Assembly (NCBI GenBank): GCA_005881595.1
Contig: VBBY01000001.1
Coordinates: forward strand, 12,515 to 76,514
Reading direction: 5' to 3'
Source: Betaproteobacteria bacterium
Lineage (GTDB): Bacteria > Pseudomonadota > Gammaproteobacteria > Burkholderiales > SG8-39
Length of the DNA stretch: 64,000 nucleotides
The notes under the pieces were generated by a model. The model saw only the letters and a program-made list of their open reading frames with translations, searched no databases and was not told the DNA's origin. Made by a program: the position numbers and the translations under genes. Below are positions 21,290-30,661 of the stretch, piece after piece; position 1 is the stretch's first letter; each line of letters opens with the position of its first letter.

Positions 21290-21786
21290 CAGTCCGCCTC
21301 CCAGGCGACTTCGATCCGCCGATTCGGCAGGTCGACGTTCTTCACCACCGCGGCGACCCACGGCAGCAACCGCGTCCGCTCGCCTGCCAGTTCCATCACG
21401 TCCTGCGCACCGTTGGTGAACAGGCGCTTCACGACCCCGAGCGCTTCGCCGCGCTCGTTCACGACCTCGAGACCCACCAGGTCCGCGAGGTAGTAATGTC
21501 CTTCGCCAGGCTCGGGCAGCGACCCGCGCTGCACCGATACCGCGGATCCCTTCAGAGCCAGGGCCTGCTCGCGCGTCTCGATTCCCGCGAGCTTCCCCAC
21601 CACTGCCGCGCCGTGCAGCTTTGCCTCGCGAACCCGGTACGCCTGGGCCCCGATCCACCACTCTTTCGCGGCGGCGAGCGCCACGCCCGCGCCGCGATCC
21701 GGCGCCAGCTTCACCCATCCGCGCACGCCGTAGGACCCGGCGACGCGGCCCATCGCTAACAACCGCTCAGGCGGCCTTCTTTGCAA
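21286..21786 (-). CDS. rimM: Ribosome maturation factor RimM
   Basis: 166 aa. ..[16 protein letters not shown].. is present, with a PRC barrel at the C-terminus. Start is uncertain (21786, overlapping rpsP by 20 nt, or 21753). Confidence 0.85.
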   Translation of the reverse strand: MQRRPPERLLAMGRVAGSYGVRGWVKLAPDRGAGVALAAAKEWWIGAQAYRVREAKLHGAAVVGKLAGIETREQALALKGSAVSVQRGSLPEPGEGHYYLADLVGLEVVNERGEALGVVKRLFTNGAQDVMELAGERTRLLPWVAAVVKNVDLPNRRIEVAWEADW

Positions 21787-22018
21787 ACTGCTTCACGAGC
21801 CGCGCCGCCGTGCCGGAGAGCTGCGCGCCCTGGCCGGTCCAGTGCTTCACGCGCTCCATGTCGACTCGCAGCGCCTCGCGCCCCTCGGGCGCCTTGGGGT
21901 CGTAGAATCCCACGCGCTCCAGGAACTTTCCGGACGCCGCACGCCGCGAATCGGCCACCACCAGGTGATAGAAAGGCCGCTTGTTGGCGCCGCCTCGCTG
22001 CAGTCGAATCACCACCAT
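21767..22018 (-). CDS. rpsP: 30S ribosomal protein S16
   Basis: C-terminal 83 aa of ORF 21767..22402: [25 protein letters not shown]... Confidence 0.95.
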   Translation of the reverse strand: MVVIRLQRGGANKRPFYHLVVADSRRAASGKFLERVGFYDPKAPEGREALRVDMERVKHWTGQGAQLSGTAARLVKQFAKKAA

Positions 22019-22108
22019 TGGGAAATGCTCCGCGGACCGCGAAAAGGCGCGGATTATACGGGAGAAATCAGGCCTTTGGGAAGAATCTGTGCTACCGTAA
22101 TCATAACA

Positions 22109-22453
22109 ATGCACCATCCCCACGCGACCGACGAAGTCATCGATCTGATCGCCAGCATCGAAATTCAGCGGCAGGAAATGGAGAGCCGCAGCGGCCTCGA
22201 GCAATCCCGCAATTTCGCGTTGAGCCGCCTGCAGGAGGCGCTCGCCGGCGAGCAGCTGCCTGAAAACGTCGAAGCCCTTAACCAGGCCATTCGGCGCGTC
22301 CAGGCGCTGGGCAAGCGCAGCAACGCGCAGCAGCAGGGTCAGTCGCAGAACGGCGGGCGGCAGCACCAGGGCGGCAAGTCCTGGCGCGGCGCGCCTCCCC
22401 ATGCGCGCGGCCCGCGCGGCCGCAAGAACCCCGGGCGGCGCACCGGGCGCTAG
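22109..22453 (+). CDS. Hypothetical small protein (114 aa): helical N-terminal part with a Gln/Gly/Arg-rich basic tail
   Basis: Internal Met90 of ORF 21842..22453. Third codon positions in this frame are almost all G/C, and less so in the antisense frame. The gene fills the 436-nt gap between rpsP and ffh, divergent from rpsP. Its stop lies 1 nt from the ffh stop. Confidence 0.45.
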   Translation: MHHPHATDEVIDLIASIEIQRQEMESRSGLEQSRNFALSRLQEALAGEQLPENVEALNQAIRRVQALGKRSNAQQQGQSQNGGRQHQGGKSWRGAPPHARGPRGRKNPGRRTGR

Positions 22454-22454
22454 C

Positions 22455-23804
22455 TCAGCGCAGGCCGGGCAGCACGCCCTTCATGTTGCGCAGCATGCGG
22501 GCCATGTTTCCGCCTTTCATCATCTTCATCATCTTCTGCATCTGCTCGAACTGGTTCAGGAGCTGGTTCACGGCCTGAACCGGAACCCCGGCGCCGGCGG
22601 CGATGCGCCGCTTGCGCGAGGCCTTGAGCATCGAGGGGTCGGCGCGCTCGGCGGGCGTCATCGAGTTGATGATGCCTTCGATACGGCGGATCTGCCTGTC
22701 GTCCTGCAGCTGCGCGGGACTGATCTGCCCCGCGAGCTGCGCCGGCAGCTTGTCGAGCAGCGCAGCGACGCCGCCCATCTTCTTCATCTGCGCGATCTGT
22801 GCCTTGAAATCCTCCAGGTCAAAGCCTCTGCCCCGCTTCAGCTTATCGGCGACGCGCTTCGCCTCGTCGAGGTCGATCCTGGCGTGCGCCTCCTCGACCA
22901 GCCCGAGGATGTCGCCCATGCCGAGGATCCGTGCCGCCATGCGCTCGGGGTGGAACGGCTCGATGCCGCCGAGCTTCTCGCCGACGCCCGCGAACTTGAT
23001 CGGCTTGCCGGTGACCTGCCGGACCGAGAGCGCTACGCCCCCGCGCGCATCTCCGTCCAGCTTGGTGAGGATCACGCCGGTGAGCGGCAGCCGCGCGTCG
23101 AAAGCGCGTGCCACGTTGACCGCGTCCTGGCCTTGCATGGCGTCGACGATGAACAGCGTTTCCACCGGCTTGAGCACGGCGTGCAGCTCGGCGATCTCGC
23201 GCATCATCTCCTCGTCGATCGCCAGCCGTCCTGCGGTGTCTACTATCAGCACGTCGAAGTACCGCGTTTTCGCGTGCTCCAGGGCGCGGCGGGCGATGTC
23301 GACGGGGTTTTCGCCCGATTTTGATTCAACAAAATCGGCGCCGGCCTGGGCTGCAACCGCTTTCAACTGCTCGATCGCAGCCGGGCGATAGACGTCGCAC
23401 GAGACAAGGGCGACTTTTTTCTTGTCGGCAGCGAGAAGCTTCGCCAGCTTCCCCGCGGTGGTCGTCTTGCCCGAGCCCTGCAGCCCGGCCATCAGGATCA
23501 CGGCCGGCGGCTGCGTCGCCAGATCGAGCCCGACATTCGCCCCGCCCATCAGGCGCGCGAGCTCGCGATGCACCAAGCCGACCAGGGCTTGCCCCGGCGT
23601 GAGGCTGCCGATCACTTCCTCGCCGAGCGCGCTCGCGCGCACCGCTTCGATGAACTGCTTCACCACCGGCAGTGCGACGTCGGCCTCAAGCAGCGCGACG
23701 CGCACTTCGCGCAGCGCATCCTGGATGTTCGCTTCGGTGAGCCGCGCTTCGCCGCGGATCTGCTTCACGATCTTCGCCAGCCGCGCGGTCAGGTTGTCTA
23801 GCAT
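22455..23804 (-). CDS. ffh: Signal recognition particle protein Ffh
   Basis: ORF 22455..23834. The start is taken at Met11 ([19 protein letters not shown]...). [10 protein letters not shown] is present, along with the Met-rich M domain ([11 protein letters not shown]). Confidence 0.95.
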   Translation of the reverse strand: MLDNLTARLAKIVKQIRGEARLTEANIQDALREVRVALLEADVALPVVKQFIEAVRASALGEEVIGSLTPGQALVGLVHRELARLMGGANVGLDLATQPPAVILMAGLQGSGKTTTAGKLAKLLAADKKKVALVSCDVYRPAAIEQLKAVAAQAGADFVESKSGENPVDIARRALEHAKTRYFDVLIVDTAGRLAIDEEMMREIAELHAVLKPVETLFIVDAMQGQDAVNVARAFDARLPLTGVILTKLDGDARGGVALSVRQVTGKPIKFAGVGEKLGGIEPFHPERMAARILGMGDILGLVEEAHARIDLDEAKRVADKLKRGRGFDLEDFKAQIAQMKKMGGVAALLDKLPAQLAGQISPAQLQDDRQIRRIEGIINSMTPAERADPSMLKASRKRRIAAGAGVPVQAVNQLLNQFEQMQKMMKMMKGGNMARMLRNMKGVLPGLR

Positions 23805-23823
23805 GGGGTGATAAACTGAAGAG

Positions 23824-24663
23824 GTGCCGGACATTGTAATTCACGTCCTTGCCTCGGCCGTGTATTTGGGGCTGGCGTGGCATTTCTGGAACACGCGCTG
23901 GCGACGCCGTACGCCGGCAACAGGACTGCGGCCGTGGGAGCGCGGCGCCATCCTGGTCGCGCTTGGAATTCACGGCGCGCTGCTCTACTCGCAGATCTTC
24001 GCCGCCGCAGAGCTGCGCTTCGGCTTCGCGCAGGCGCTCTCGGTCATGATGTGGCTCGCGGTCCTCATCTGCTGGGCCGAAGGCATCTTCTATCGGATAG
24101 AGCTGGTGTATCCGATGGCGCTCGCCGCCGCTGCGCTTTGTGCGCCGCTGCCCGCATTCTTCTCGGGTCGAGCGAGCCCGGATCCCGTCTCGTTCGAGTT
24201 CCGGCTGCACCTTTTCTTCGGCATGCTTGCCTACAGCCTGTTCGTCGTCGCGACATTCCATGCGCTGCTCATTTCTTCGGTCGAGCGGCGCCTGCACGCC
24301 GCGCACGCGACGGCACAGAGCGGCGCATGGCTGGAGGGGCCGCTGCGCGATGTGCCGCCATTGCTCTCCCTGGAGCGCCTCGTGTTTCGTCTGATCGGAG
24401 CGGCGTTTGCCGTGCTGACCGTCACCTTCGTCGTCGGCATCGCCTATTCGGAGTCCTTTCTCGGCCGCGCCATGCGCTTCGACCACAAGACGCTGTTCGT
24501 GGTCCTGTCCTGGCTGGTTTTCGCGTTGCTGCTCGCCGGGCGCTGGCTTTACGGCTGGCGGGGGCGCACCGCTTTGCGCTGGACGCTCACCGGTTTCATC
24601 ATGCTGATGCTCGCCTATCCGGGCAGCCGCTTCGTTCTCGAAGTGATTCTGCATCGGAGCTGA
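23824..24663 (+). CDS. ypjD: Cytochrome c assembly (CcsA/ResC) family inner-membrane protein, YpjD-like
   Basis: 279 aa, multi-TM. The C-terminal ..GWRGRTALRWTLTGFIMLMLAYPGSRFVLEVIL matches the E. coli YpjD end. It is divergent from ffh, as in E. coli. Confidence 0.8.
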   Translation: MPDIVIHVLASAVYLGLAWHFWNTRWRRRTPATGLRPWERGAILVALGIHGALLYSQIFAAAELRFGFAQALSVMMWLAVLICWAEGIFYRIELVYPMALAAAALCAPLPAFFSGRASPDPVSFEFRLHLFFGMLAYSLFVVATFHALLISSVERRLHAAHATAQSGAWLEGPLRDVPPLLSLERLVFRLIGAAFAVLTVTFVVGIAYSESFLGRAMRFDHKTLFVVLSWLVFALLLAGRWLYGWRGRTALRWTLTGFIMLMLAYPGSRFVLEVILHRS

Positions 24664-24664
24664 G

Positions 24665-25966
24665 ATGCACGAACAATGGCCGCTGAGCTGGCAGGTGGCG
24701 GCGCTCGTCGCGCTGCTGCTGCTGTCGGCGTTCTTCTCGATCGCCGAGACCGCGATGATGGCGATCAACCGCTACCGGCTGAAGCACCTGGTGACGCAGG
24801 GCCACCGCTCGGCCGTGCGCGTCGCCGAGCTGCTCAAGCGCACCGACCGCCTGCTCGGCGGCATCCTCATCGGCAACACGCTGGTGATCGTGGCGGCGAG
24901 CTCGCTGTCGAGCTTCATCGCGATCAGGCTGTTCGGCGAGGACAAGATCGTCTACGCCATCGGCACGCTGGTGATCTCGTTCCTGATCATCATCTTCTCG
25001 GAGATCACGCCGAAGGTCATCGGCGCAACCTATCCGGAGCGCACCGCGCTCTTGCTCTCATACCCGCTCAAGGCGACGCTGCGCCTTCTCGTGCCCGCCG
25101 CCTGGTTCGTGAACCTGTTCGTCAGGCCGCTGCTGTGGCTGCTGCGGATCCCGACCGATCCGAACATGGATACGCCCAAGCTGTCTGCCGAGGAGATCCG
25201 CACGCTGGTGCTCGAGTCCTCCAGCTTCATGCCGAAAAAGCACCTGTCGATCCTGCTCAACCTGTTCGATGTCGGCGCGGTAACGGTGCAGGACATCATG
25301 GTGCCGCGCGCGCGCATCGAGGCCATCAAGCTCGACGACGACTTGGAGACCATCTCCCACCAGCTCGCCACCAGCTACCACATGCGGCTGCCCGTGTTCC
25401 GCGACGCGCTCGGCGAGGTGCTCGGCGTGCTTCACCTGCGCAAGGTGCTGGCCCTGCTGCGTACCGGCGAGCTCGACAAGCCGGCGCTGGAGCGGCTTCT
25501 CGTCGAGCCCTACTTCGTGCCCTCGACCACGCCGGTGCTGGCGCAGCTGCAGTACTTCCAGGAAAACAGGGAGCGCGTCGCGCTGGTGGTCGACGAGTAC
25601 GGCGAGCTGATGGGCCTGGTCACGCTCGAGGACATCATCGAGGAGATCATCGGCAAGTTCACCACCTCGCTGCCCTCGGCGGCGCCGATGCTCGCCTGGG
25701 ACGAGCAGGGCAGCGCCACCGCCGAGGGCGCGATGCCGGTGCGCGACATCAACCGGGCGCTGGGCCTCAATCTGCCGACCGACGGACCGAAGACCCTCAA
25801 CGGGCTGATCGTCGAGTACCTGCAGGACATCCCCGAGGCCGACCTTGCGGTCAAGATCGGCAGCGTGCCGATGGAAATCGTGCACGCCCAGGGCCGGACG
25901 GTGAAAACGGTGCGTATCTTCCGGCCGGTCGAGCCGGTCGAAAACGCCGAACCCTCAGAGGCTTAG
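24665..25966 (+). CDS. HlyC/CorC family transporter (DUF21-CBS-CorC_HlyC), CorB/YfjD-like
   Basis: 433 aa. FFSIAETAMMAINRYRLKHL marks DUF21, followed by a CBS pair and a C-terminal transporter-associated domain. It starts 1 nt after the ypjD stop. Confidence 0.9.
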   Translation: MHEQWPLSWQVAALVALLLLSAFFSIAETAMMAINRYRLKHLVTQGHRSAVRVAELLKRTDRLLGGILIGNTLVIVAASSLSSFIAIRLFGEDKIVYAIGTLVISFLIIIFSEITPKVIGATYPERTALLLSYPLKATLRLLVPAAWFVNLFVRPLLWLLRIPTDPNMDTPKLSAEEIRTLVLESSSFMPKKHLSILLNLFDVGAVTVQDIMVPRARIEAIKLDDDLETISHQLATSYHMRLPVFRDALGEVLGVLHLRKVLALLRTGELDKPALERLLVEPYFVPSTTPVLAQLQYFQENRERVALVVDEYGELMGLVTLEDIIEEIIGKFTTSLPSAAPMLAWDEQGSATAEGAMPVRDINRALGLNLPTDGPKTLNGLIVEYLQDIPEADLAVKIGSVPMEIVHAQGRTVKTVRIFRPVEPVENAEPSEA

Positions 25967-26041
25967 AGCGGGTATTTCAGCCTTTACAAACGTCTTCCCG
26001 GGAGGCATTATCGGCCCCACAAGCGAGAGCGCCTGGTCTAT

Positions 26042-27262
26042 ATGGCAACAGCAGCAGCAATAAAGGGGCCCAAGGAATTCATCTTCCTCTGGGAAGGCAA
26101 GGACAGGGCCGGCAAGATCATTCGCGGCGAGCTGCGCGCGGTCAGCGAGACGGCGGTCAATGCCACCCTGCGGCGGCAGGGCATCCTGGTGCAGAAGGTC
26201 AAGAAGCAGAGGATCCGCGGCGGCGGCAGGGTCAGCGAAAAGGATCTCGCGCTGTTCACGCGGCAGCTCGCGACGATGATGAAGGCCGGCGTGCCGCTGC
26301 TGCAGGCGTTCGACATCGTCGGCAAGGGCGCCTCCAACCCGGCCGTGCAGAAGCTGGTGCTGGAGATCAAGACCGAAGTCGAGACCGGCTCGTCGCTCGC
26401 CTCGGCGTTCCGCAAGTACCCGCTGTACTTCGATGCGCTTTACTGCAACCTCGTGCAGGCGGGCGAGCAGGCGGGAATTCTGGAAAACCTGCTCGAGCGC
26501 TTGGCGACCTACAAAGAGAAGATCCTGGCGATCAAGTCGAAGATCAAGTCGGCGCTGTTCTACCCGATCGCGATCATCGCGGTGGCATTCATCATCACCG
26601 CGGTGATCATGATTTTCGTGATCCCGGCGTTCAAAGAGGTGTTCAGGAACTTCGGCGCCGACCTGCCGGCGCCGACGCTGATCGTGATGGCGATTTCCGA
26701 CTGGTTCGTGACCAGGTGGTACATCATCTTCCCGGTGATCATCGGCGGTATCTACGGCTTCCTCCAAGCCTGGAAGCGTTCGCTCGCGGTGCAGGTCTTC
26801 ATGGACCGGTTGATGCTGCGCATGCCGGTGTTCGGCGACCTGGTGCGCAAGTCGACCATTGCGCGCTGGACCCGGACGCTCGCCACCATGTTCGCCGCCG
26901 GCGTGCCGCTGGTGGAGGCGCTCGACTCCGTCGGCGGCGCATCCGGCAACTACATCTATCTCATGGCCACCAAGCAGATCCAGGCCGAGGTCTCGACCGG
27001 CACCTCGCTCACCGTGGCGATGCAGAACGCCAACGTGTTCCCCTCGATGGTGCTCCAGATGTGCTCGATCGGCGAGGAAACCGGCGCGCTGGACGGCATG
27101 CTCGGCAAGGTCGCCGACTTCTACGAGGCCGAAGTGGACGATGCGGTCGAGGCGCTGTCCTCGCTCATGGAGCCGATGATCATGGTGGTCCTCGGCACGC
27201 TGATCGGCGGCATGGTCATAGCGATGTACCTGCCGATCTTCAAGATCGGCCAGGCCGTTTAG
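26042..27262 (+). CDS. pilC: Type IV pilus platform protein PilC (GspF family)
   Basis: 406 aa. It has two GspF repeats (..LATMMKAGVPLLQAFDIV.. and ..LATMFAAGVPLVEALDSV..). Confidence 0.9.
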   Translation: MATAAAIKGPKEFIFLWEGKDRAGKIIRGELRAVSETAVNATLRRQGILVQKVKKQRIRGGGRVSEKDLALFTRQLATMMKAGVPLLQAFDIVGKGASNPAVQKLVLEIKTEVETGSSLASAFRKYPLYFDALYCNLVQAGEQAGILENLLERLATYKEKILAIKSKIKSALFYPIAIIAVAFIITAVIMIFVIPAFKEVFRNFGADLPAPTLIVMAISDWFVTRWYIIFPVIIGGIYGFLQAWKRSLAVQVFMDRLMLRMPVFGDLVRKSTIARWTRTLATMFAAGVPLVEALDSVGGASGNYIYLMATKQIQAEVSTGTSLTVAMQNANVFPSMVLQMCSIGEETGALDGMLGKVADFYEAEVDDAVEALSSLMEPMIMVVLGTLIGGMVIAMYLPIFKIGQAV

Positions 27263-27265
27263 GGA

Positions 27266-28129
27266 ATGAGCACCCTCGGCTGGCTCCTCCAGCCAGCCGC
27301 GCTGCCCTGGGTTGCGCTGGCGCTCGGGCTGTGCATCGGCTCCTTCCTGAACGTCGTCATCCATCGCCTGCCGAAGATGATGGAGCGCGAGTGGCGGGCC
27401 GAATGCGCCGAGCTCGCAGGGCAGGAACCCGTCAAGGAGGAGACCTACAACCTCGTCGTGCCGCGCTCCCGATGCCCCGGTTGCGGGCATGCCATCACGG
27501 CGCGCGAGAATATTCCGCTGCTTAGCTACCTAGCGCTGCGCGGCAGATGCTCTGCGTGCGGCGCCCGCATCGGCATCAGGTACCCCGTGGTCGAGCTGCT
27601 CGCCGGACTCGCTGCGGCCTATTCCGCGTGGCGCTTCGGCCCGTCGCTTGCCGCGCTTGGCGCGGCGCTGTTCGTCTGGTTCACGATCGCACTCGCGTTC
27701 ATCGACCAGGAAACCGGTTTCCTGCCCGATGCGCTGACGCTATTGCTGGTCTGGATCGGGCTGGTCCTGAACGTCGCAGGGGCCTTGGTCCCGCTGCCCG
27801 AGGCGGTGATCGGGGCCGCGGCCGGCTATCTATCTTTGTGGCTGGTCTACTGGGGTTACAAGCTCGTCACCGGCAAGGAAGGCATGGGATACGGCGACTT
27901 CAAGATGAACGCCGCGGTGGGAGCGTTTCTGGGCTGGAAGATGCTGCCGCTGGTGATCCTGCTTTCCTCGCTCGTCGGCCTCGCCTTCGGCGCGCTGCAA
28001 ATGTTCGCGGCGCGCGGCCGCTGGGACGCCGGGTTCCGCTTTCATTTCGGACCGTATCTCGCGATCGCGGGCGTGGTCGCGCTCTACTGGGGCGATCCCA
28101 TCGTGCGGTGGTACGTGCAGAGGCTGTGA
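27266..28129 (+). CDS. pilD: Prepilin peptidase / N-methyltransferase (A24 family)
   Basis: 287 aa. It has the N-terminal CPGCGH...CSACG zinc motif and the GMGYGDFKM catalytic Asp region. Confidence 0.92.
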   Translation: MSTLGWLLQPAALPWVALALGLCIGSFLNVVIHRLPKMMEREWRAECAELAGQEPVKEETYNLVVPRSRCPGCGHAITARENIPLLSYLALRGRCSACGARIGIRYPVVELLAGLAAAYSAWRFGPSLAALGAALFVWFTIALAFIDQETGFLPDALTLLLVWIGLVLNVAGALVPLPEAVIGAAAGYLSLWLVYWGYKLVTGKEGMGYGDFKMNAAVGAFLGWKMLPLVILLSSLVGLAFGALQMFAARGRWDAGFRFHFGPYLAIAGVVALYWGDPIVRWYVQRL

Positions 28130-28737
28130 GCTTTGTGATCGGACTGACCGGAGGCATCGGCAGCGGCAAGAGCGCGGCGGCCGAGGAGTTCGCCCGCCTC
28201 GGCGCCAGCATCGTCGACACCGACGCCATCGCGCGCGAGCTCACCGAGCGCGGCGGCGCGGCGCTGCCGCAGCTTGAAAGGCTGTTCGGCGCGGAGTTCA
28301 TCGCCGCATCCGGCGCCATGGACCGGAAGAAGATGCGCGAGCGCGTCTTCTCCGACCCCGCGGCCAAGAGGGCGCTCGAGGCTCTGCTGCATCCGCTGAT
28401 CCGAGAAGAATCGCAGCGGCGCATCGCCGCGGCGGGTGGGCCCTATGTCGTGCATGTGGTGCCGCTGCTCGTTGAATCCCCGGATTACCGGCAGCGCGTG
28501 GACCGCGTGCTGGTGGTCGACGTCCCGGAGGAAACGCAGGTCGCGCGCGTGCACGCGCGCTGCCAGCTTTCGGAAAGCGAGATACAGGCGATCCTGCGCT
28601 CGCAGGCGTCCCGCGCCGAACGCCTCGCGGCGGCCGATGACGTCATCGACAACAGCGGCACGCTTGATGCGCTGCGGAAACAGGTCGCCGCACTGCATGC
28701 CCGGTACGAAAAAATGACCCGCAACGTCAAAGGCTAA
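28126..28737 (+). CDS. coaE: Dephospho-CoA kinase
   Basis: C-terminal 203 aa of ORF 27547..28737, from the GTG ([19 protein letters not shown]...). This GTG overlaps the pilD stop as GTGA. Confidence 0.9.
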   Translation: MSFVIGLTGGIGSGKSAAAEEFARLGASIVDTDAIARELTERGGAALPQLERLFGAEFIAASGAMDRKKMRERVFSDPAAKRALEALLHPLIREESQRRIAAAGGPYVVHVVPLLVESPDYRQRVDRVLVVDVPEETQVARVHARCQLSESEIQAILRSQASRAERLAAADDVIDNSGTLDALRKQVAALHARYEKMTRNVKG

Positions 28738-28806
28738 GTTGTGCTGCGAGCGCAAATCGCTCAGAATCCGCCCAACTTTTTGATCCTGCCGAGCGCTGCC
28801 GCCTCC

Positions 28807-29565
28807 GTGATCACGTACGAATATCCTCTGAACGAGCGTATCCGCACGCTGCTGCGCCTGGAGGACCTGTTCGAGCGTTCCCGGCACTTCATCGCGCGCA
28901 CCGATCCGCACGACCACCACATGGCGCTGCTGACGCTGTTCGAGATCATGGAAGTCTCGAGCCGCGCCGATTTGAAGTCCGACCTGCTGCAGGAGCTAGA
29001 ACGCCAGAAGCAGGTGCTGCTGTCGTTCAGGAACAACCCGGAGATCGCGGAAGAGGCGTTGGCGAGCGTGCTGCGCGACATCGAGCAGGCGTCAGCGGCG
29101 CTGTTCTCCATGACCGGCAAGATCGGGCAGTATCTGCGCGAGAACGACTGGCTGATGTCGATCAAGCAGCGCACCGGTATCCCGGGCGGCGCCTGCGAGT
29201 TCGACCTGCCTTCCTACCATTACTGGCTGCACCGGCAGGCGGAGGAGCGGACCGGCCAGCTCGCCGCATGGACCGGGCCGCTCCACCCGCTGCGCGACGG
29301 CACCGCGATCGTCCTGCGCATCCTGCGGGAATCGGGCAAGCCGCAGGCGCACAGCGCGGCCCTCGGCACCTACCAGCAGATGCTCGGCGGCAAGACGGCG
29401 CAGATGCTGCGCGTGCGCCTCGATGCCGATACGCCCTGCGTGCCGGAAATCAGCGCCAACAAGTACGTCCTCAATATCCGCTTCCTCGCGCAGAACGGCG
29501 ACGATCCGCGGCCGCGCATTGCCGACTGGGACGTCGGCTTCGAGCTCACGTTTTGCAATCTGTAA
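28807..29565 (+). CDS. zapD: Cell division protein ZapD (YacF/DUF1342)
   Basis: ORF 28741..29565. The start is taken at the GTG at residue 23 ([22 protein letters not shown], compare E. coli VLFEHPLNEKMRTWLRIE). A start at 28741 cannot be excluded. Confidence 0.8.
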   Translation: MITYEYPLNERIRTLLRLEDLFERSRHFIARTDPHDHHMALLTLFEIMEVSSRADLKSDLLQELERQKQVLLSFRNNPEIAEEALASVLRDIEQASAALFSMTGKIGQYLRENDWLMSIKQRTGIPGGACEFDLPSYHYWLHRQAEERTGQLAAWTGPLHPLRDGTAIVLRILRESGKPQAHSAALGTYQQMLGGKTAQMLRVRLDADTPCVPEISANKYVLNIRFLAQNGDDPRPRIADWDVGFELTFCNL

Positions 29566-29768
29566 GGAAGCTGCCTTGCCCGCGCTGCGGCGCGCCGGCG
29601 CTCTTCGGCCCCAAGAACAAGTGGCGGCCGTTCTGCAGCGAGCGCTGCAAGATGATCGACCTCGGCCTCTGGGCCTCGGAGAGCTACCGGGTCCCCGAGC
29701 AGGAGCCCGCCCCGGACCAGAATCCCGGCTCCGATCCCGACTCTCCTTCTAGGTCCAGCTCCCGCTGA
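29553..29768 (+). CDS. yacG: DNA gyrase inhibitor YacG (zinc finger)
   Basis: C-terminal 71 aa of ORF 29268..29768, from a TTG. ..[42 protein letters not shown] is the YacG CxxC...FCSxRCxxIDLGxW signature. It overlaps the zapD end by 13 nt. Confidence 0.7.
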   Translation: MQSVRKLPCPRCGAPALFGPKNKWRPFCSERCKMIDLGLWASESYRVPEQEPAPDQNPGSDPDSPSRSSSR

Positions 29769-30639
29769 TCATCGCCAGGCCGTGCGCACCGGCGCGCCAG
29801 GCTGCCTCGAGATCCGCACGCTTCAGGCCGCCGATCGCGTAAACCGGCAGGCTCGCGCCGCGAGCGATCGTCGCAAAATCCTCCCATCCCAGAACCGGCT
29901 GGGCTGCGTGCGAGGCGGTGCGCTTCACCGGCCCGAGGACCGCGAAATCCAGCTCCAGCTGCATCGCGCGCTCCAGCTCTTCGCGGCTGTGACATGAGGC
30001 TGCGGCGAGGACTTGCGTCGGCCGTGCCTGCAAGCGCATCAGCTCGGCCGCGGTGAAGTGCACGCCGTCGGCCCCGGGAACGAGCGACTTGACGAGCACC
30101 TTGCAGCCGTAACGATGCGCCAGATCGAGTGCTTGCTGCGTGAACAGGCGCCGCTGCTCGCTCGCCAATCCGGGCTCGCGCACCTGAAGCAGCTTCAAGC
30201 CGTGCTCAAGGCGTCGCTCCAGCCGCGCCAGCATCTGCCGCGTACCGAATTGCGCCGCATTGGTGATCGCGTATTCCGCCGGAAGCGCGAGAGAAGCCAG
30301 TACCGGAGCGTTCGCCGGCAGCATCGGCTGCGCCAGCGGCGCGGCCAACGCCTGCCACGCGATCGCCTGGTCTTCCTTCGGATGCGGCTCGCCGTCCCAT
30401 TCGGTGACGCGAAAGAAGTTGAGGCGCACGGTGGCGTGCGGATAGGCAAAAACGCGCGTGAGCCACGGATAGGCGCGCCGCACCTCGATGCCGAGCTCCT
30501 CGTGGAGCTCGCGCGCGAGCGCCCCGACCGCCGGCTCGCCGGGCTCGAACTTGCCACCCGGGAATTCCCAGTAGCCGGCATAGACCTTTCCCGCGGGCCG
30601 CTGCGCCAGCAGGAACGCGCCGTCCGCGCGCTGGATCAC
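29749..30639 (-). CDS. Nudix hydrolase (MutT-like 8-oxo-dGTP diphosphatase) fused to a thiamine-phosphate synthase (ThiE/TenI)-like domain
   Basis: 296 aa. The Nudix box is [30 protein letters not shown]. The C-terminal half is TIM-barrel ThiE-like (..VHFTAAEL...[11 protein letters not shown]...DFAVLGPV...YAIGGL..). The N-terminus is probably longer (see findings). Confidence 0.8.
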   Translation of the reverse strand: MIQRADGAFLLAQRPAGKVYAGYWEFPGGKFEPGEPAVGALARELHEELGIEVRRAYPWLTRVFAYPHATVRLNFFRVTEWDGEPHPKEDQAIAWQALAAPLAQPMLPANAPVLASLALPAEYAITNAAQFGTRQMLARLERRLEHGLKLLQVREPGLASEQRRLFTQQALDLAHRYGCKVLVKSLVPGADGVHFTAAELMRLQARPTQVLAAASCHSREELERAMQLELDFAVLGPVKRTASHAAQPVLGWEDFATIARGASLPVYAIGGLKRADLEAAWRAGAHGLAMISGSWT

Positions 30640-30661
30640 GGCCGCAGCGACTTCGACGAGT

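Noticed and set aside
24676-27525. A 949-aa plus-strand ORF running across corB, pilC and pilD in another frame.
   Set aside because: Its composition is extreme in Arg/Ala/Gly/Pro. It overlaps three well-supported same-strand genes out of frame. I recognised no motifs in it.
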